A DNA stretch of 35,789 bases from Deferrisomatales bacterium (GTDB lineage Bacteria > Desulfobacterota > Deferrisomatia > Deferrisomatales > JACRMM01): contig JAWSUI010000039.1 of assembly GCA_033551855.1 (NCBI GenBank), forward strand, positions 1 through 35,789, in the 5' to 3' direction. This document shows positions 31,362 to 35,789 of this stretch, piece after piece (position 1 is the first letter of the stretch; every line of letters begins with the position of its first letter). Both the position numbers and the translations under genes were made by a program. The notes under the pieces are model-generated. The model saw only the letters and a list, made by a program, of their open reading frames with translations, made no database searches and was not told the origin of the DNA.

Positions 31362-32114
31362 TCAGCGGGCGGGCAAGAACAAAAGCGGATCGGTCGGCTC
31401 CTGTCCCCGCCGCACCTCGAAGTGCACGTGAGGGGGCAGCGTGGGGTCCCGGGAGCCCGAAACGCCGACCACCTGGCCCTGCTCCACCCGCTGGCCCCGC
31501 TCCACCCGGTGGTCCCGAAGGTTTCCGTACACCGTGAAGAGACCCCCTTCGTGCTCGACGATCACCAGGGGACCGTAGGCGCTCGCAGGGGTTCCGGCGT
31601 ACGTCACCGTCCCCCCCTCCGCCGCCGCCACGGGGGTGCCGGGGGCCGTTCCGATGTCGATCCCCCGGCTCTCGCCGGCAGGACCCGTCCCGAAACCCCG
31701 GAGGATCGGGCCTTCCACCGGCCACCGCAGGCGAGCCCGGCCGGCGGGGGCGGCCGGGGGGGGCGTGCGGGTCGCCGCGACGGGCGGCGGGAGGGGTTGC
31801 TCCGGGGCCCGTTGGGCCGCCGGAGGCGGGGCAAGGGGCGCAGAAGGTGCCGGAGGAACCGCCCGGGGCGCGGGCGCAGCGGGCGGGGCCGGAGCAGCGG
31901 GTCCCCCCGGCCCGGGCAGGAACAGGATGTCCCCGGGGGCGACCCGGTCACCGGGCTCGAGGCGGTTGAACCGCCGGAGCTCCCCCTCGGTGAGGCCGTG
32001 ACTCCGGGCGATGGACCCCAGGTCTTCCCCGGGCCCCACCCGGTGGCGCACGGCGTAGGACGTCCCGCAGCCCAGGGCGACGAGCAGGATCAACGACACG
32101 AACGCACGTCTCAC
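31362..32114 (-). CDS. nlpD: LysM/M23 lipoprotein, NlpD-like
   Basis: GTG start overlapping the upstream stop, lipobox LVALGC, LysM domain, Pro/Ala linker, and M23 domain (WPVEG, GIDI, YGPLVIVEH, HFEVRR). YGN replaces the usual YAH, so the peptidase is probably degenerate. Confidence 0.85.
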   Translation of the reverse strand: MRRAFVSLILLVALGCGTSYAVRHRVGPGEDLGSIARSHGLTEGELRRFNRLEPGDRVAPGDILFLPGPGGPAAPAPPAAPAPRAVPPAPSAPLAPPPAAQRAPEQPLPPPVAATRTPPPAAPAGRARLRWPVEGPILRGFGTGPAGESRGIDIGTAPGTPVAAAEGGTVTYAGTPASAYGPLVIVEHEGGLFTVYGNLRDHRVERGQRVEQGQVVGVSGSRDPTLPPHVHFEVRRGQEPTDPLLFLPAR

Positions 32115-32620
32115 GGTCTCCCTCCCGCCAACGTCAGCGCCAGGGCGGCCGCCTCCTCCGGGGAGTCGGCGAGCCGCACTCCTTCGACCTCTCCCCACGC
32201 GCCGCAGCACACCACCGGCCTGCCGGTCTTCAGGGCAAGGGCGATCTCGCTCAGGGTTCCCCAGGAGCCCGGCAGGGCCACCACCGCGTCCCCTGACTGG
32301 ACCACCACGGCGTTCCGGGCGTGCCCCAGCCCCGTGGCCACCACCACCCCGGCCCAGGGGTTGGCGTCCCGGGGTTCCGCCCCCGGCAGCACCGCCACGG
32401 CCAGCCCCCCCGCCTCCCAGGCCCCCTGACAGGCTCCGGCCATTACCCCGCTCAGCCCCCCGCACACCACCACGCCCCCTCCCCGGGCCACGGCCGAGCC
32501 CACCCGACGGGCAAGCTCCCGGAGCTCCGGCCCCGCCTCCCCCGCGCCGACCACGCTCACGTGGGGAGCCCTCCGGGGCGACGGACCTCCTGGTCCCGCG
32601 AAACCGGCCCCCTGAGTCAT
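32111..32620 (-). CDS. TIGR00725-type Rossmann-fold (LOG/SLOG family) protein
   Basis: VSVVG, VVCGGLSGVM, TGLGHARN, LPGSWGTLSEIALAL. Confidence 0.85.
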   Translation of the reverse strand: MTQGAGFAGPGGPSPRRAPHVSVVGAGEAGPELRELARRVGSAVARGGGVVVCGGLSGVMAGACQGAWEAGGLAVAVLPGAEPRDANPWAGVVVATGLGHARNAVVVQSGDAVVALPGSWGTLSEIALALKTGRPVVCCGAWGEVEGVRLADSPEEAAALALTLAGGRP

Positions 32621-33261
32621 CCCATACCTCCCCTCCCCACGAGGGGAACGAAGCGACAGGGCTCGAGGGTCTCCTCGGCCCAGCTCGCGGGGCCGGTGCG
32701 CACCAAGCGGCGGAGGCTCTGCCCGTCCTCCTCGGCCACCGGCAGCACGAGCCGCCCGCCCACCTCCAACTGCTCCAGCAACGCCCGAGGGGTGCCGGGG
32801 GCGGCCGCCGTCACGAGGATGCCGCGGAAGGGCGCCGCCTCCGGCCAGCCCTGGGCGCCGTCGCCGGGCCGCACCGAAACCCCGAAGGCCCCGACCTGGA
32901 CCAGCACCCGGCGGGCCCGAAGGGCCAAGGCCGGAATCCGCTCCACGGTGTACAGGCGGACGCCGAGGAACGCCAGAACCGCAGCCTGGTAGCCCGAACC
33001 GGTCCCCACTTCGAGCACCCGGTCCCCCGGGGCAGGGTCCAGGGCTTCGGTCATCCGCGCCACGGTGGACGGCTTCGAGATCGTCTGGCCGTAACCGATG
33101 GGGAGCGCGTCGTCCGTGTAGGCCCGGGCCCACAGCGCTTCCTCGACGAAGAGGTGGCGGGGCACCCGGGCCAGGGCCCCGAGCACGCGGTCGCTCCGGG
33201 AGGCGCCGGACGTCTCCGCCACTTCCCGGAGCAGTCGGCGCAGCGCCCCGTCGAACCTCAC
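32617..33261 (-). CDS. pcm: Protein-L-isoaspartate O-methyltransferase
   Basis: VPRHLFV, AYTDDALPIGYGQTISKP, VLEVGTGSGYQAAVL, GWPEAAPF, RFVPL. Confidence 0.96.
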   Translation of the reverse strand: MRFDGALRRLLREVAETSGASRSDRVLGALARVPRHLFVEEALWARAYTDDALPIGYGQTISKPSTVARMTEALDPAPGDRVLEVGTGSGYQAAVLAFLGVRLYTVERIPALALRARRVLVQVGAFGVSVRPGDGAQGWPEAAPFRGILVTAAAPGTPRALLEQLEVGGRLVLPVAEEDGQSLRRLVRTGPASWAEETLEPCRFVPLVGRGGMG

Positions 33262-34637
33262 CCGGCGACCCTCCCGCCCAGAACCGCCCGCGCTGCCCAC
33301 ACCCCCGAAGCGCTGGCCTGCATGAGCCCCCGGCTCACCCCCACACCGTCCCCCGCTCCGTAGAGGCCCCGCACCGGCGTCTCCAGGCGGCGGTCGAGGG
33401 CGAGGCGGCCCGAGTAGAACTTCACCTCCACCCCATAGAGCAGGGTGTCCGGGCCGGCCAGTCCCGGGCAGAGGGCGTCCAGCGCCCAGAACATCTCCGT
33501 GAGATCCACCAGGTGCCGGTGAGGCAACGCGAAGGCCAGATCCCCCGGAGTGGCGTCGTGCAGGGTCGGGGCAATGGAGGCACGGGCAAGGCGCTCGGGC
33601 GTGGACCGCCGGCCCGCCTGGAGATCCGCGAACCGCTGCACCAGCACCCCGCCGCCCAGCAGGTTGGCCAGGCGCGCGATGGACTTGCCGTACGCGATCG
33701 GGTCGTCGAAGGGTTCGGTGAAGGCCGTCTTCACCAGCAGGGCGAAGTTGGTCGCCTCGCCCCGGCCGGCCGCGTAGGCGTGTCCGTTCACCGTCAGGCA
33801 GTCTTCGTAGGCCTCGTGCACGACCTCACCCCGGGGGTTCATGCAGAAGGTGCGGACCTCGTCCGAGAAGGTGGGGGAGGTGTAGTGGAGCTTCGCCTCG
33901 TACAGGGCAGCGGTCAGCTCCTCGAGCACCTGCGCCGGACACTCCACCCGGATCCCGATGTCGACGGGGTTGGGGACCGTGGAGATGCCCAGATCCCCCG
34001 CCAGCCCCCGCACCCACTCTGCCCCGAGTCGGCCGGGGGCCAGGATGACCGCCCCCGCGCCGATCGTCTCGGCACCCACGCGCGCCCCCACGGCGCGCCC
34101 GTCCTGCACCTCGACCCCCGCGCAGGCAGTGCCGAAGCGCACCTCCACTGCCCCGCGGACCTCTTCGAACAGGCTCGCCAGGACATCCCGGCACCGGTCC
34201 GTTCCCATGTGCCGGACCGGGTTCTCCACCAGGGTCAATCCCGCGGCTCCCGCCCGCTCCCGCAGGCCGTCGAACCCCGCCACCCCCAATCCGTGCACGC
34301 GGTCCGGCGCCCCGTGCCTCCGGTACACGCCGTCCACGTAGGACAGCAGACCCAGGAGCTCCTCCGGGGGAACCAGCTCCGAGAGTACCCCCCCGACCCG
34401 GGGGGACAGGCTGAGCTTGCCGTCGCTGTAAGCGCCGGCTCCGCCCCAGCCGGCCAGGAGCCGGCAGTGGACACAACGGCGGCACGCCCCCCCGGCCTCC
34501 CGTCGGGGACACTCTCGCGCCGAGAGATCGCCCCCCATCTCGACCAGGAGCACCCGGGCCCCGGCGAGCCCGAGCTCCCGGGCCGCGAAGATCCCGGCGG
34601 CGCCGGCCCCCACCACCACCGCGTCCCACCGCCTCAC
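33258..34637 (-). CDS. FAD/NAD(P)-dependent oxidoreductase (uncharacterised family)
   Basis: VVVGAGAAG Rossmann motif, Cys cluster C..CxxCxxC, GWGGAGAYSDGKL, RHMGTD, VRTFCMNP.G, YGVEVKFYS, GDGVG.SRGL.QA. Confidence 0.9.
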   Translation of the reverse strand: MRRWDAVVVGAGAAGIFAARELGLAGARVLLVEMGGDLSARECPRREAGGACRRCVHCRLLAGWGGAGAYSDGKLSLSPRVGGVLSELVPPEELLGLLSYVDGVYRRHGAPDRVHGLGVAGFDGLRERAGAAGLTLVENPVRHMGTDRCRDVLASLFEEVRGAVEVRFGTACAGVEVQDGRAVGARVGAETIGAGAVILAPGRLGAEWVRGLAGDLGISTVPNPVDIGIRVECPAQVLEELTAALYEAKLHYTSPTFSDEVRTFCMNPRGEVVHEAYEDCLTVNGHAYAAGRGEATNFALLVKTAFTEPFDDPIAYGKSIARLANLLGGGVLVQRFADLQAGRRSTPERLARASIAPTLHDATPGDLAFALPHRHLVDLTEMFWALDALCPGLAGPDTLLYGVEVKFYSGRLALDRRLETPVRGLYGAGDGVGVSRGLMQASASGVWAARAVLGGRVAG

Positions 34638-35380
34638 AGCCGCCACTGCCGCAGTTCCTCCAGGAAGCGGTGATCCGTGAGGTCCGTGCACACCGGCGTG
34701 ACCGAGACGCAGCCGTGGCTCACGGCCTCCACGTCGGTTCCCACGTCCTCCTCCACGTACCCCAGCTCCTGGGCGCCCACCCAGTAATAGGAACGGCCCC
34801 GGGGGTCCACCTTCTCCACCACACCGCTCCCGAACACCCGCCGGCCCTGGCGGGTCATGCGGATTCCCCGCAGCTCCTCCCACGATCCCACGTTGGGGAC
34901 GTTCACGTTCAGGAGCGTCCCCTGGGGCAACCCCCGCGCCGCAACGGCCTCGGCCACCATCCGGGCCACCCGCCCCGCCACCTCGAAACGATAGTCTCCC
35001 CGGGCGGCGAGGGAGACCGCGAGACTCGGCACGCCGAAGAGCGTCCCCTCCAGGGCGACGCCCACGGTGCCCGAGTAGGTGACGTCGTCGCCCAGATTGC
35101 CGCCGTGGTTGATCCCCGCGATCAGGAGGTCCGGTTTGCGCTTGAGCACCCCGTGGATCCCCAGGTGCACGCAGTCCGTCGGCGTGCCGTCCACGCTGTA
35201 GCGTTCGCGGCCGAGGGGAGAGATGCGAAGGGGGCGGTGCAGGGTGAGTGCGTGCCCCACGGCGCTGCGCTCGCGGTCCGGTGCCACCACCACCACCCGC
35301 CCCAGGGTGTCCAGTGCCTCCACGAGCGCCTGGAGCCCCGGGGCGTGCACACCGTCGTCGTTGCTGACCAGGATGAGCAC
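34634..35380 (-). CDS. surE: 5'/3'-nucleotidase SurE
   Basis: ILVSNDDG, VVAPDRERSA, DGTPTDCV, GINHGGNLGDDVTYSGTV, LNVNVP, VSVTP. Confidence 0.96.
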   Translation of the reverse strand: MLILVSNDDGVHAPGLQALVEALDTLGRVVVVAPDRERSAVGHALTLHRPLRISPLGRERYSVDGTPTDCVHLGIHGVLKRKPDLLIAGINHGGNLGDDVTYSGTVGVALEGTLFGVPSLAVSLAARGDYRFEVAGRVARMVAEAVAARGLPQGTLLNVNVPNVGSWEELRGIRMTRQGRRVFGSGVVEKVDPRGRSYYWVGAQELGYVEEDVGTDVEAVSHGCVSVTPVCTDLTDHRFLEELRQWRL

Positions 35381-35789
35381 GTCGTCTCCGGGTGGAAGAG
35401 AAGGGCGCCGCCCGGGGAGCACAGCCCTCCGCGGCCACCCGGTGGGCCCCAGGGTATCCCACGAGGCGGCCAGGATTCCAGCGTTTGGCGCACCAGCGGA
35501 CTCTCGGCCTCCGGGGGGCGGAATGCGGGATGGAGATCACCCCCCCGACCACTGCGACGGACAGCGCCCGCCGGCTTCAGCAGCATGCCGGCGAAGAACG
35601 AGGCGCAGCCGACGAGGGACAGGCCCATCGCCGCCTCGACCCTGCCAACGACCATGCTGAGCAGCAGGGGCAACCCGGCCGGCATCACCATCACGGCGCA
35701 GAGAAAAAAGGATCATCCGGGGAGTGCCCGGGTGCTCGTGTCCAGGGACGATCGGGTGGGCCCGACCACGTAGGCGGACGGCCGCTCGA

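Noticed and set aside
35122..35716. Hydrophobic minus-strand ORF upstream of surE, possibly frameshifted at a T6 run
   Set aside because: It has no recognisable family, its 3' half overlaps surE out of frame, and it is too close to the window edge to judge.

Overview
GC-rich bacterial DNA, probably from an anaerobic Desulfobacterota/deltaproteobacterium (inferred from the bamB-like gene, sigma-54 control and the surE-pcm-nlpD-rpoS-apt gene order). Every supported gene is on the minus strand. There are three blocks. (1) 77-14186: a complete type I-E CRISPR-Cas locus with 48 repeats, 47 spacers and cas3-cas8e-cas11-cas7-cas5-cas6e-cas1-cas2. It has unusual accessories: a WYL regulator with a candidate palindromic operator, a stand-alone DEDDh exonuclease translationally coupled to cas3, a RelE/ParE toxin-antitoxin pair between cas6e and cas1, and a low-GC, apparently swapped-in cas8e-cas11-cas7 segment. 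Two overlapping opposite-strand spacers let a CAG PAM be read directly from the array, and several spacers translate to phage/satellite protein motifs. (2) 14393-28372: a sigma-54-controlled anaerobic aromatic catabolic cluster (PAS-AAA+ activator, LIV-type ABC importer, arylformamidase-like hydrolase, VOC protein, aryl-CoA ligase, acetylene-hydratase-like Mo/W enzyme, and a bamB-like reductase subunit with no adjacent bamC). (3) 28760-35380: housekeeping genes surE, FAD oxidoreductase, pcm, TIGR00725-type protein, nlpD, rpoS, apt and nfo. All calls come from reading motifs by eye; no database searches were run.
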